Shown: positions 49,369-59,499, counted from the stretch's first letter. The stretch is DNA of 64,000 nucleotides from a bacterium (GCA_040752695.1 JBFMGO010000010.1:96-64095); one strand, 5' to 3'. Notes: a model not told the origin generated them from the letters alone. A program made the numbers and translations.

Positions 49369-49421
49369 AAGAGCCCCGCAAGACCTTCTCAAGAGGTCTT
49401 GCGGGGCTCTTATGCTTTTTG
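49369..49421 (+). terminator. rho-independent terminator
   Basis: 'aagagccccgcaagacc-ttctcaaga-ggtcttgcggggctctt' is a 17-bp perfect stem followed by 'atgcttttt'. Confidence 0.8.
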
Positions 49422-49805
49422 GGCCATACATGATACTCATTCCAAAGACTGGTTTTCTCCCATGGCTGCTGACAGAGAGCTTTCACGGAAAATGGCACAA
49501 GGTGCTAAAACGAAAAGACCCGAGCACCCGCACTTCATTCCCAGCCTCCAGCCACCCCGCATCCGGCATCCAGAGTATCCACCATTACTTTAGCAGTATC
49601 CGATATCCAGCCAGCGTCAAGCACCCGGCATCTTGAGCTGAAAATAGTATTTGATTCTGCCACATTTTAGATGTATGATAGTATAGTAAATCTTACCTTT
49701 ATATCCACGATTCTGAACGTTACCGATTTGCGCCATATCCCGAACGTACCAAAAATTATTTAACTTCTATAGTATTTGCAACAAATAGTCTGGAGGAAAA
49801 ACGCA

Positions 49806-50363
49806 ATGAAAAAATATCCTTTACTCTTGGTTGGCATAGTCTGTATCTTATTGTTTTTCAAACCTGCAAGAGCACAAATGGTTCCTTTTGCATGGTCTTG
49901 GGGGCTTCCATCTCCTTTTTTTTCCCTGACATCAGCGAGGTTCAGCAATCCAGCACCTTATCCGCCTCTTCTCCCTTCTTCGCCTTTTCCCACTGGCATG
50001 CCCCTCTTGCAACCTCCCCTCCCGCTTCTCTTGAAACCTCAAATTAGCATCCCAAGCCCTATCTCCAGGATGGCCGCAGCAACCATTACCATTTTTTCCG
50101 CTCCGACCCTATCAGCCATTCAGGTTACTGCCTTGCCGACAACTACTGTAGTCCCAGTTGCTACCTCTACAACCCCGACTTCGGCAACCACTACCTACAC
50201 GTTCATCCTGCCTGCACTCCTTACCATACCCACGACTCCTTATACCCAGACGCAAACCGCATCCATTACGTCCATTTTCCCGGCTGTTTCTCTTGTCGGT
50301 GTTTCTTCAACTGCGATTCTTCCAGGGCTTGCTGCCGGATTGACACCGGTCCCGGCTATATAG
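49806..50363 (+). CDS. secreted Pro/Thr-rich low-complexity protein
   Basis: Signal peptide 'MKKYPLLLVGIVCILLFFKPARA'. 'AQ' then a Trp/Pro-rich segment, resembling the 22592-23449 product. Thr/Pro-rich C-terminus. Confidence 0.5.
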   Translation: MKKYPLLLVGIVCILLFFKPARAQMVPFAWSWGLPSPFFSLTSARFSNPAPYPPLLPSSPFPTGMPLLQPPLPLLLKPQISIPSPISRMAAATITIFSAPTLSAIQVTALPTTTVVPVATSTTPTSATTTYTFILPALLTIPTTPYTQTQTASITSIFPAVSLVGVSSTAILPGLAAGLTPVPAI

Positions 50364-50519
50364 TACCTATCCGAAAGATCTATCCGAAAGATGGCCTCGG
50401 CGTTTACCGTGATGCGGCCTCTTAAGGATTTTTTTGGATAGCTTGTAGTGCACTATCCGCCCATAAGAGCCTCATATAAGGTTGGTGAGGCGTCCAGACC
50501 CTAAAACTCAAAGGCGGCT

Positions 50520-51407
50520 CTATGCATTTTGTTGCAGGCGGGCCATGATCCGCACGGCCATCAAACCGAGAATAAGCCAGACTGCAATGCCCGTAAGTCC
50601 GGTGACCCCGCCAAGTACAGGGTTCACTGCGGGGAACAGGACTTGCCACAGGCCATAAATCTGGCTGTTAATCACCCCATGAATCCAACTGGCCAGGAAG
50701 ATGCTGCGGTAGTGGAGGGCCAATTCATTGATAAAAATTCCCACTGCTGTGGTCACACCGATAAAGGTAAAAATACCCAAAACAGGATAGCCGGGGTAGT
50801 CGAAGCCAGCCCAGATGAGAGGTGCGTGCCAGAGTCCCCAGATAATGCCGAGCAAAAGGTAAGCCCTGAATTTACCCAGAGGCATCAGTTTCGGCAGCAG
50901 ATAGCCACGCCAGCCGCACTCCTCGCCAAAGGCCAGAAGGCTGTTGACAAAGGGGGTAAAAATGAGCGCCATCACAAACAGGCCCGGCACATTCATCATG
51001 GATATGGGTGCTGCTGATGGAGCGGTTCCACTGGAACGCATGAGATCATGCAGCCTTTGCAAAGCCAGATCGGGCTGTCCCAGGCCAAGCAGCCAGGTCA
51101 GCCCGTAGACCAATCCGAAGCATAAGGGAACTATCACTCCGGAAGCCAGGTATGGCTTCCATGAGCCGAGCTTGAGCCAGGCGCTCTCAAATTCTTCGCA
51201 GGTGATAAATCTGACCGTAATGACCGTGGCCAGGGTCGGCACCCACATCAGGCCGGCAATGGTATACTGCTGCCATCCCGCCAAAGGGTCACTGATACGG
51301 AATCCGCCCAGGATGAGCCCCACCTCAATCGCATAGGTGAGGCCAAAGGTAATGCATAAAAAAGAGATGATACCCTTTCGGTCAACTATCGATGATTTCA
51401 ATTCCAC
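50520..51407 (-). CDS. CPBP family intramembrane glutamic endopeptidase (CAAX protease / Abi)
   Basis: 'FGEECGWRGYLLPKL', 'GLWHAPL' and 'WIHGVINS' give the EExxxR, H and HxxxN motifs. Multi-TM. Confidence 0.75.
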   Translation of the reverse strand: MELKSSIVDRKGIISFLCITFGLTYAIEVGLILGGFRISDPLAGWQQYTIAGLMWVPTLATVITVRFITCEEFESAWLKLGSWKPYLASGVIVPLCFGLVYGLTWLLGLGQPDLALQRLHDLMRSSGTAPSAAPISMMNVPGLFVMALIFTPFVNSLLAFGEECGWRGYLLPKLMPLGKFRAYLLLGIIWGLWHAPLIWAGFDYPGYPVLGIFTFIGVTTAVGIFINELALHYRSIFLASWIHGVINSQIYGLWQVLFPAVNPVLGGVTGLTGIAVWLILGLMAVRIMARLQQNA

Positions 51408-51597
51408 AGTCCTCCCTTAACTTTTCTTACCGATCACTCGCCCGTGGTCACATACCCTTTATATCATATATTTTCCATCCATCCCATAGGAAATGATACT
51501 CCAACCAGTGAGGAATATTTCACCTCGGGCTTGACTATCGACCATAGTATGATTATTATATATTTAATTAGATTTAAATAAAGATAAGGGAAATAAG

Positions 51598-53178
51598 ATG
51601 AATAGCTATCAATCTAAAATAAATTATCCTTGGTTCTCGATAATACCCTTTGCTCTTTTCTTCGCCCTTTGCTGCGTATGGGGATGCGGCGGGGATAACG
51701 GCGGCAGCCGTCTTGCCGAACCAAAAGGATCTGGCGAGGTGTCCGATAACGAGCAGGAGGAGGAGGTATCCACCGGTCACTGGAAGCGGCTTCCGATAGC
51801 CTGCTGGAGCGAGCAACAGAGTGCAGCAGTCGAACCGAGAGTGAAAGCGTCCCTGGACAACAGCGGAAAGGTTCATCTTGTCTGCTTCCAGGGCAGCAAC
51901 GATACGAAATACCAAATCATACATATGGTCGGTCATGTCGATACAGACTTGAATAGGCAACAAGCCCCCTTTTATCTGATAGACCAGAAGACAAAAGTCA
52001 TTGCATGTGTGGATAATTGCACTTCTTTGGCCTTTGCCCTGGTCAACGGTAATGAACCTGTAGTTGCCTACCGGGGAGGAACATCGAGGGGGTGCGATGA
52101 AGGGGATGGTATCATGTCCGATGCCATGCTCAGCCTCAAAGAAAGCGGTGTCTGGAGTCCTCCACTGACTGCGGCCAAAGGAGCGACCGAGGAGGGGGGG
52201 ACAGGCGGCGGTTCTTACCTGAGGATTGCGGCCAATGAGGTGGCAACCGTTACTGACTCTTCAGGCTGCATCCATCTTTGCTATCAGCTTCTGTCTGAAA
52301 ACTGCGATGCGAAGGCCAATTCCAGCAGTTCCGGGGATCTTTCCGCGGATCTTTATTATGTAAAAGTGGACCGCTCCCTTCCTGATGTCCAGGCTCCCGT
52401 GACTTTGGCAGGAGAGTTGGTGGAGGAAGACCAGGGGGACAGCCCCCACCATATCGGATCACATTGTGCCATAACACTGGACGCGGATGAGAATCCGGTC
52501 ATTTTTTACTGCGCCGAACTCGCAGACCAAAAGGCAGACGCCATGGGACCTGGCACCAGGGGACTTCGGGTTGCCCGCAAGGAGGCCGGAGCATGGAAAA
52601 GGGAATGGATCGAGCGAGAATGCGACACAGACTCTATCAGTTGTGCCAGATACACCAAGACCGGCTGCGGATGGGTAGGAGTAGCTTACTCCATACGTGA
52701 AAATACTGCCGGGGAATTTTCTCTGGTCCCCCCGTCCCTCTTGAGAACAGATGGTGAGAACGAAAATACCGCACAGGAAAGTGCAACCGTGCAGGAACAT
52801 GGCATTCACTATCTGCGATATGCCTGGACGGATGAGCAGTTTTCCGGCTGGCAGAAAAAGACCGTTGATGACGCTATCCAGTGCGGAGAATATTGCAGCC
52901 TGGCCTTTGATTCACGGGGATTTCCAGCCATTGCCTATGGCACGTTGTCAGGCTATATTGGTTATTCTCGCCGGACCCTCAATTTCGCCCGCTTCAACGG
53001 GTCAACATTGTCATGGAACAGGGAGTTTGTCTTCCCTTCCGGTGATATTGCCGGCTCATCGGCAGCCGACATCGGCCTTTACAATAACCTTTGGTTCGAT
53101 CAGGATAACAGACCCTTCATCTGCTCTTCATCAAGTACACAAAAAACTATCTTTCTCTTCTATCGTGATCCCCCTTGA
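51598..53178 (+). CDS. hypothetical secreted/lipoprotein (526 aa)
   Basis: Signal peptide with Cys-rich 'ALCCVWGCGG'. No recognisable catalytic motif. Confidence 0.55.
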   Translation: MNSYQSKINYPWFSIIPFALFFALCCVWGCGGDNGGSRLAEPKGSGEVSDNEQEEEVSTGHWKRLPIACWSEQQSAAVEPRVKASLDNSGKVHLVCFQGSNDTKYQIIHMVGHVDTDLNRQQAPFYLIDQKTKVIACVDNCTSLAFALVNGNEPVVAYRGGTSRGCDEGDGIMSDAMLSLKESGVWSPPLTAAKGATEEGGTGGGSYLRIAANEVATVTDSSGCIHLCYQLLSENCDAKANSSSSGDLSADLYYVKVDRSLPDVQAPVTLAGELVEEDQGDSPHHIGSHCAITLDADENPVIFYCAELADQKADAMGPGTRGLRVARKEAGAWKREWIERECDTDSISCARYTKTGCGWVGVAYSIRENTAGEFSLVPPSLLRTDGENENTAQESATVQEHGIHYLRYAWTDEQFSGWQKKTVDDAIQCGEYCSLAFDSRGFPAIAYGTLSGYIGYSRRTLNFARFNGSTLSWNREFVFPSGDIAGSSAADIGLYNNLWFDQDNRPFICSSSSTQKTIFLFYRDPP

Positions 53179-53253
53179 CTGCTCTATCGTGATTTCCCCT
53201 GACCGGACCCAATCCCTTTTCTTCTTGATCAACACTCTTCTCTGAGATATGGA

Positions 53254-53619
53254 TTAATACGACCCTGCATCCTCCGGATAGGTTGAATTGAATGTGTACG
53301 AAGCGACAATACCCTTCTCATCAAAGCGCACGACGAGATCTCGCGTCCTTGAGTCCCCGAAAATGGAGTATCGATAATGGGCGTAGGTCCATGTTCTCAT
53401 CCCGTCGTCGATTCCGGTTCGCCAGGGAGTCCCGAACAGCCGGTCAATTTCTGTCCGGGTGGTTTTTCCCATTTGTATCCTGGTGACGGCGTCAACGGGA
53501 AACTCGCGGCCAATGGTAACGCAACCACTCATGACCATGGACATAACCATGGCAAAGGCCAGTACAAGAAATATAAAACTGGCAGCAGTGATACGTGTTT
53601 GCCCTCCGGTTTTTTTCAT
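53254..53619 (-). CDS. BamE/SmpA-OmlA-like outer membrane lipoprotein
   Basis: Lipobox 'MSGC'. Approximately 100-aa body with 'MGKTTRTEIDRLFGTPW', as in SmpA/OmlA domains. Confidence 0.5.
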   Translation of the reverse strand: MKKTGGQTRITAASFIFLVLAFAMVMSMVMSGCVTIGREFPVDAVTRIQMGKTTRTEIDRLFGTPWRTGIDDGMRTWTYAHYRYSIFGDSRTRDLVVRFDEKGIVASYTFNSTYPEDAGSY

Positions 53620-53905
53620 GATTTGGTTCCTCCTTAGTTTTACTCAAAAAAGCATCATCATTTACCCTACATTCTTATCCCTTATGTTGTCCCCATATTA
53701 GCATAGAAGCCCTGGGATAAGACAGAGGATTTTTACTGATTTCGAAAATCCCCTATCCCTTTTTAAAAAGACCGCAAAAAGAGCATAATAAAATCAGGAG
53801 CCAGATTTTCGTCCTCATCTCTTTTATCCACCGATAGGTATAGTTAAGGCCAAATTCCTCAGAGAGTAAGAGTGAAAGGATGCACGTCTAAAAAGGGTAT
53901 AGGTT

Positions 53906-55804
53906 ATGGAGAAAAACAAAGAGCCACCGAAGCTGGGGTTTCCGGGCTGGTGGAGCAGTCTTTTGTGGCTCCTCGTATTTCTGAGCTTAATAGTCTATTT
54001 TTTCAGTATCTATAATACTCACGGGGTCAATGAACTATCCTATTCTGATTTCAAAACGAAGGTGAGTCAGAAGCAGATTTCCGAAGTAACCTTTAAAGGC
54101 AGGGAGATAACCGGCACATTCACCAGGGGGGGCAAGGCTGGAAGGGCAAGAGAATCCAGGGAGCTCGAAGATGCCAATGAGATTACCGGGAGCAGACACT
54201 TTAAAACTGTCCTCCCTTCGGTTGATGATCCCCAACTGCTGCCGCTCCTTGAAAAAAATGCGGTTATCATCAAGGCCGAATCAGGGAACAGCACATGGTT
54301 CCCTACCCTTTTGATCGCTCTTTTACCGTGGATACTGATCATCGGCATCTTCGCCTACAGCACGAGGAAAATGGGAGATCGCTTTGGAGCAGGAGGAAGC
54401 GGCGGGCCGATCGGGTTCAGTAAATCCAAGGCCAGGCTCTACACCAAGTCGGATATCAAGGTTACCTTCCAGGATGTGGCCGGTCTGTCCAATGCTAAAA
54501 AGGAACTTCAGGAAATTGTCGATTTCCTGAAAAGGCCGACAAAGTACCGGATGTTAGGGGGTGAATTGCCGAAGGGGATCCTGCTGGTAGGGCCTCCGGG
54601 AACAGGTAAGACACTCATAGCGCGGGCCACGGCAGGTGAGGCCGGGGTTCCTTTTTTCAGCATAAGCGGATCAGAATTTGTAGAGATGTTCGTTGGTGTC
54701 GGTGCCGCACGGGTGCGGGATATGTTCGGCAGGGCAAAAAAAGAAGCGCCGTCAGTCATTTTTATTGATGAGATAGACTCCATTGGCCGGGTCCGAGGCA
54801 CCGGCCTGGGAGGGGGGCATGATGAGCGGGAGCAGACCCTCAACCAGATTCTCTCCGAGATGGATGGTTTTGCTCCTCATGAATCGGTCGTCGTCATGGC
54901 GGCTACGAATAGACCCGATGTTCTTGATCCTGCCCTGGTCAGGCCCGGACGTTTCGACCGCCATATTACCCTTGAACTTCCTCAAAAAAAAGCACGAAGG
55001 GAGATCCTTGGTATTCATACCCGAAAAATGCCCCTGGCCGAAGATGCGGACTTGGACACCTTAGCTGGCAGAACAGTTGGATTTTCCGGTGCGGACCTGA
55101 AGAACCTGGTCAATGAGGCCGCACTCACGGCTGCCCGTAAAGATAAACACAGGGTGGATGCCGAGGATTTTGATCAGGCCAGGGATAAAATCATCCTTGG
55201 CATTAAACGTGACGAACTGGTAAGTTATGAGGAAAGAAAACTGGTCGCCTATCATGAGGCTGGTCATACCCTTCTGGCCATGCTCCTGCCCGGTGCAGAC
55301 CCCCTTGAAAAAGTAACCATCATTCCACATGGACATTCTCTGGGAGCAACCGAGCAGACTCCCGAGGAGGACCGCTACAACCTGAGCCGCACCTATCTCC
55401 TTAATCGCATAACCATTATGCTGGGCGGCAGGGTGGCGGAAAAGATCGTTTTTCAGGACGTCACTTCCGGATCAGCCGATGACCTGAAGGAATCCACCCG
55501 GCTGGCGCGGCGCATGGTTTCTCAATGGGGAATGAGCGACCGGCTTGGCCCTGTCACCTTTTCGCGGGGCGAGCCGCACCCGTTCCTGGGACGCGAGCTC
55601 ACTGAACAAAAAGATTTCAGCGAAACCACGGCCCGCCTGATCGATGAAGAAATACAAAAAATCATCCAGGAGATGGAAAAAAAGGCGGAAAAGATCCTGC
55701 AATCAAAACGCGATAAACTGGATGCTCTCGCCCAGGCTCTTTTGGAACACGAGAGCCTGTCAAAGGAGGAAGTCAACCAGATTTTGGAAATCAAAGACCA
55801 CTGA
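53906..55804 (+). CDS. ftsH: ATP-dependent zinc metalloprotease FtsH
   Basis: Two N-terminal TM helices. AAA '[16 protein letters not shown]' with SRH. Zinc site 'HEAGHTLLA'. Confidence 0.9.
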   Translation: MEKNKEPPKLGFPGWWSSLLWLLVFLSLIVYFFSIYNTHGVNELSYSDFKTKVSQKQISEVTFKGREITGTFTRGGKAGRARESRELEDANEITGSRHFKTVLPSVDDPQLLPLLEKNAVIIKAESGNSTWFPTLLIALLPWILIIGIFAYSTRKMGDRFGAGGSGGPIGFSKSKARLYTKSDIKVTFQDVAGLSNAKKELQEIVDFLKRPTKYRMLGGELPKGILLVGPPGTGKTLIARATAGEAGVPFFSISGSEFVEMFVGVGAARVRDMFGRAKKEAPSVIFIDEIDSIGRVRGTGLGGGHDEREQTLNQILSEMDGFAPHESVVVMAATNRPDVLDPALVRPGRFDRHITLELPQKKARREILGIHTRKMPLAEDADLDTLAGRTVGFSGADLKNLVNEAALTAARKDKHRVDAEDFDQARDKIILGIKRDELVSYEERKLVAYHEAGHTLLAMLLPGADPLEKVTIIPHGHSLGATEQTPEEDRYNLSRTYLLNRITIMLGGRVAEKIVFQDVTSGSADDLKESTRLARRMVSQWGMSDRLGPVTFSRGEPHPFLGRELTEQKDFSETTARLIDEEIQKIIQEMEKKAEKILQSKRDKLDALAQALLEHESLSKEEVNQILEIKDH

Positions 55805-55941
55805 CTAAAACCAGCGGGCATCCAAGGCCACGGTTAAAAAGCAATGGACTTTATCCGCCTGAATCCGGCCATGGCCAGGCGGTATGCGAAATGCGGTATA
55901 CGAGATAAGGAATCCACAGCCAGGCTCTGGTCAGGGCCGTA

Positions 55942-56865
55942 TCAGCCGATCTTCATCAGCCATATGCCGACAATGAGCAGAAGCGAGGCAAAAATTCTTA
56001 CTTTGGCAGCATGTTTTTCTTTAAGCACCACTATTCCGAGCAGGACCCCGAACAGAATACTGATCCTTCGGGTGGGCGTGGCATAAGAGATTTTGGCCAG
56101 AGATATACCGACTTGATAGGCCGGGAACGACAGGGCAAAAATAAGTCCTGCCAGAAAAATATTTTTCCTGTCCAATCTTACTGTCTCTCTAATTTTCTTC
56201 CTCTGCCTGTCGCGCAACAGACAATAGAGCCCTAAAAAAACACTCGTAGAAACAACGATGGAGTAGGTGAAGGCAAAGGCATTGCTTTTGGTTATTCCCG
56301 TCTTATTGATCACGTTGCTGATAGAATCTACCAGGGCTGCGAAGATGGCCAGCCTCACTCCTCTTCGTTTAAACCGGCTAAGCGGTTTGAGGATGGTCTT
56401 TGGCTGGAGATTATCGAGGGGCATAAGATAAATGGCTATCACGGAGAGAATAATACCGGCAAACCCTTTTATGGTTATCTGCTCGCCGATGAATGTCCAC
56501 GCCCAGACAGGCACAAAAAGAGGGGCTGACATGGTCAGAGGATAAACCAAAGACATATCTTCCAGTTCATAAGCCAGCCCGCTTGACACCTGATAAAGAA
56601 AATAGCCGATGGTCGTAAGCACGGCTAATACCATCGAACGAGGGGACAAAAATCCAAACCGCTTGAAATAGACAAGGTAGAGAGCAGTCATAATAAGCGA
56701 TGTTTCCAAAAACATGAGCCATATGCAGATTACCTTATGATGGCTTTTCTTAATCAAAAAACTCCATAGCGCATGGAGCAGGCCGGATAGTGCAATAATG
56801 ACTACAGCCAGAAAACTCATACCCCTCACCTTGTGATCGAAACAGCATTCCTTCTCCGAGAGCAT
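55942..56865 (-). CDS. EamA/DMT family transporter
   Basis: 10 TM helices. Duplicated EamA domain ('FAGIILSVIAIYLM'). Confidence 0.75.
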   Translation of the reverse strand: MLSEKECCFDHKVRGMSFLAVVIIALSGLLHALWSFLIKKSHHKVICIWLMFLETSLIMTALYLVYFKRFGFLSPRSMVLAVLTTIGYFLYQVSSGLAYELEDMSLVYPLTMSAPLFVPVWAWTFIGEQITIKGFAGIILSVIAIYLMPLDNLQPKTILKPLSRFKRRGVRLAIFAALVDSISNVINKTGITKSNAFAFTYSIVVSTSVFLGLYCLLRDRQRKKIRETVRLDRKNIFLAGLIFALSFPAYQVGISLAKISYATPTRRISILFGVLLGIVVLKEKHAAKVRIFASLLLIVGIWLMKIG

Positions 56866-57477
56866 TATACAGAAGCAAAGGCGTCATAAGCATTATAATC
56901 ATCATAGATAAAGTGCCATATTGAGCATAATTCCTGATAAAATGCCATCTTGGACATTATCCCGGCCATGCATGAGAGGCACTTACCTTGAGCATCATCC
57001 GGTTTGCTCTCGTCAGGTTTCTTCTCGGCTGTTTTGAAATTAAAAGAGTGGGGCCTAACCTGAATTTTTTATCCGACTTTCCACCGGACACTGTTTATAA
57101 AGAGTCTCTACCGTCATTCCACCCCAAAATGGCAGCATACATATAATTCACCGTTTGCGATGAAAAAGGGATGGCAACGTGCAGTCATGTGCATCCTTGA
57201 CAATCCCTTGGAGGATCATCTATTATGAAAGCAGAGTGAGTATGGAAGAAAAAAGCACCATGAATGATAAGACATTGAACCGGCATGAATAAAGATGAAT
57301 AGTCGTACGCTTCATATCCAGAAAAAAGTGGATAAAGAAAAGTGTAGTTATTGACGATACATCAACTGTCTAAGTGCTCGCAGGTTCTTTTAATCCCTTG
57401 AGCAAAAAGGGCCTCATGGAATTTTTGAGAAATTGATCCAGAAACAAAGTGCCTTATTTGAACCATGAGAGGAGCTT

Positions 57478-57647
57478 TATAGCGGTTTTCATCTGAAAAT
57501 GATCCGAGAACTGGTTGATATCATTTTCATTGCCCTTTGTGCCGGTTCACCGGCATGGGTGTTTCACTTGAGTAGGCTACTACATCGCTTTGGTATCCAG
57601 ACGGCGATACGCTGTATATGTAGCGCATGAAACTGAAAACCGCTATA
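57478..57647. mobile_element. MITE-like element A (170 bp, 13-bp perfect terminal inverted repeats)
   Basis: Ends 'tatagcggttttc' and 'gaaaaccgctata'. Internal hairpins ('gaaaatgat...atcattttc', 'gccggttcaccggc'). The right arm is 33/36 identical to the left arm of element B in inverted orientation. Confidence 0.5.
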
Positions 57648-57808
57648 GAAGCATTGTAACTCCTTAACCAATTGTAATTTTTCCTTTTTTCATTTTACGT
57701 GTGCTAAACAATCGTGCTGAAAAAAAAATTATCTTTTAATTTACAAATAGTTAACCAGTATAGCTAAAAAATCTACATTTTTATACTCAATTTCTGAGGA
57801 CAGAGAAA

Positions 57809-58336
57809 ATGATTAAGAAAATAACTCCATCAGATGGCTCTGATGTTTCTAAATCTCATATCAGAGAAATTATTCCCGATGGATGCCGGCAAACCGATCT
57901 GGCAACAGGTGAGTTTGAAGATTTTTCCTGCACCACATGCCAAGGTGGACAACCAGGAGTCTGCGATGATTATCCAAAGGCTCAGAAGTTATTAGAAAAT
58001 GCCAGGGTAATGCAGCAAGAGGTAGGGTTTTATCTGGGAAAGGTAGAAAAAATTGCAAAGGAAGAATATGATGGCCAGTTGTGCATTGTATATTCCCATG
58101 ACCATTGGGAAGCCACACTTGGGCGGCCTGACGGTAAAAATCTGAAGTCTGCAGCTTCTACACTTCATAACGTGGTTACGGATTTGATGAATGAGTATGA
58201 AAAGGAACGCGAGTTAAAAATTAAACAACTCTTATACCAAAAGATAGCGGCCATGGATGGGTCATGTAAATTATCTAAACTTTTTAGCGAACTTCAGCAA
58301 AAGATTTTAGATGCCGAGAAGACCAACTCGGACTAG
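57809..58336 (+). CDS. hypothetical protein (175 aa, AT-rich cargo between MITE-like elements)
   Basis: No recognisable domain. Seven Cys residues, including 'CTTCQGGQPGVCDD'. Local GC is well below the window average. Confidence 0.5.
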   Translation: MIKKITPSDGSDVSKSHIREIIPDGCRQTDLATGEFEDFSCTTCQGGQPGVCDDYPKAQKLLENARVMQQEVGFYLGKVEKIAKEEYDGQLCIVYSHDHWEATLGRPDGKNLKSAASTLHNVVTDLMNEYEKERELKIKQLLYQKIAAMDGSCKLSKLFSELQQKILDAEKTNSD

Positions 58337-58515
58337 GAGTAATTTTTCATCATCGCGGATTTCGATGGGCACCCTGTCGGGCACTTCATTGGCATAGCAC
58401 ACGAGAACACTCCTTACGCAAGCCCTCTTTTGCCCATTACCCCACTGGTACCTCTGATCACTTCTGAAAATTGTGGGGACAAGCCGTTTGGATAGGTGGC
58501 AAAACCGCTTCTTCG

Positions 58516-58570
58516 ACACTGACTTCCATTTCAGTCATTCCTATGGAATGACTGAAATGGAAGTCAGTGT
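58516..58570. repeat. 26-bp perfect palindrome (cruciform/hairpin)
   Basis: 'acactgacttccatttcagtcattcc-tat-ggaatgactgaaatggaagtcagtgt'. No T-tract follows on either strand. Confidence 0.8.
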
Positions 58571-58606
58571 AATAACTGAATTTATGATCAACTCCCACTT
58601 TCTCTG

Positions 58607-58630
58607 TTCACAAGCTTGGTTGTGAAGGGG
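58607..58630. repeat. 24-bp palindromic element TTCACAA-N6-TTGTGAA+GGGG (copy 1)
   Basis: 'ttcacaagcttggttgtgaagggg'. A near-identical copy lies inverted at 60315-60338. Confidence 0.6.
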
Positions 58631-58741
58631 TACTCTAGCGGTTTTCAGTTGCATGTGCTACATATACAGGTTATTCTTCTAAAAATATCAATGCAATACA
58701 GTAGCTTACCCAAGTGCAAACCGCTAGAGTATGATGAACTC
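58631..58741. mobile_element. MITE-like element B (111 bp, 14-bp perfect terminal inverted repeats)
   Basis: Ends 'tactctagcggttt' and 'aaaccgctagagta'. The left arm 'tctagcggttttcagttgcatgtgctacatatacag' matches element A (reverse complement) at 33/36. Confidence 0.5.
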
Positions 58742-58750
58742 AAAGCGGTC

Positions 58751-58888
58751 CTATTTCCCCTCGTCTTTTTTGGTGCACGGGTGCTCCTTGACCTCACCAT
58801 GACACTTTTTAATTTGCTCATCTGAACAGTTTTCGGGCTTGCCGGTCAGATCCTTTGGTTTCTGGCATTTCTTGTGTCCATCACACAT
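58751..58888 (-). CDS. unannotated 45-aa Cys/His/Lys-rich small protein (metal- or redox-binding candidate)
   Basis: 'MCDGHKKCQKPKDLTGKPENCSDEQIKKCHGEVKEHPCTKKDEGK' has 5 Cys and 3 His. RBS 'aaaggagaaag' lies 3 nt upstream of ATG. Sits downstream of arsR on the same strand. Below the ORF-track size cutoff. Confidence 0.5.
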   Translation of the reverse strand: MCDGHKKCQKPKDLTGKPENCSDEQIKKCHGEVKEHPCTKKDEGK

Positions 58889-58902
58889 GGTCTTTCTCCT
58901 TT

Positions 58903-58940
58903 CTTATACTGATATTCAACCCTTATATTGATATTCAACC
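58903..58940 (-). promoter_or_regulatory. 19-bp direct repeat x2 (operator/promoter candidate) upstream of the small Cys-rich ORF
   Basis: 'cttatactgatattcaacc' + 'cttatattgatattcaacc'. Each contains the inverted TTGA-N3-TCAA and 'tataag' (-10-like on the minus strand). Confidence 0.45.
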
Positions 58941-59017
58941 TCTTGTACCGATATCCACTGATTACTTTAAATTACTTTCCCATCATTCCATTGCCGTCAC
59001 ATACCGATGCCTGTCAA

Positions 59018-59302
59018 TTACATTCCAAGAAGCTTCTCCGTTACATCTTTCCACCACTGAGCGAGCACTTCCTCGTTCAAGCGGTAGTGGATGTAGTAGC
59101 CTCTCCGCTCGGCCACTACCAGGTCTGCATCCCGCAGCACACGCAAGTGCTGTGATACTGCCCCCTGACTGATTCCGATTTGGGCCGAAAGCGCACCTAC
59201 GCATAGGGCACGATCCTTCAGCAATTGAATAATCCGCAACCGCGTATCCACAGATAATATTTTGAAAATACGAGCTAATTTCATGGCATCATTCATGATC
59301 AT
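59018..59302 (-). CDS. ArsR/SmtB family transcriptional regulator
   Basis: 94 aa. wHTH 'RLRIIQLLKDRALCVGALSAQIGISQGAVSQHLRVLRDADLV'. A single Cys sits in the ELCVCDL-equivalent position. Confidence 0.85.
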   Translation of the reverse strand: MIMNDAMKLARIFKILSVDTRLRIIQLLKDRALCVGALSAQIGISQGAVSQHLRVLRDADLVVAERRGYYIHYRLNEEVLAQWWKDVTEKLLGM

Positions 59303-59499
59303 CCTTCAGTGGCTATCTTTTTTAGTAACTGCTAATATGCTAATAAATATTTCAGCACCTTGTCAAGCGTTATTTTATCTACCTGCAAACATTGCTTCTC
59401 CTGTCACGAAGAAACCTTTCTTTGTCCGAGAGGAGAGATATATATTCCTTATTTAGATGCAGTCTTCTCTGAAAAAGGGAAGAGAAAGGAAGGATGGAT

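Noticed and set aside
58607-58630. CRP/FNR-type binding site.
   Set aside because: The half-sites are arranged TCACA-N6-TGTGA, opposite to the CRP consensus TGTGA-N6-TCACA. They are better described as a palindromic repeat.
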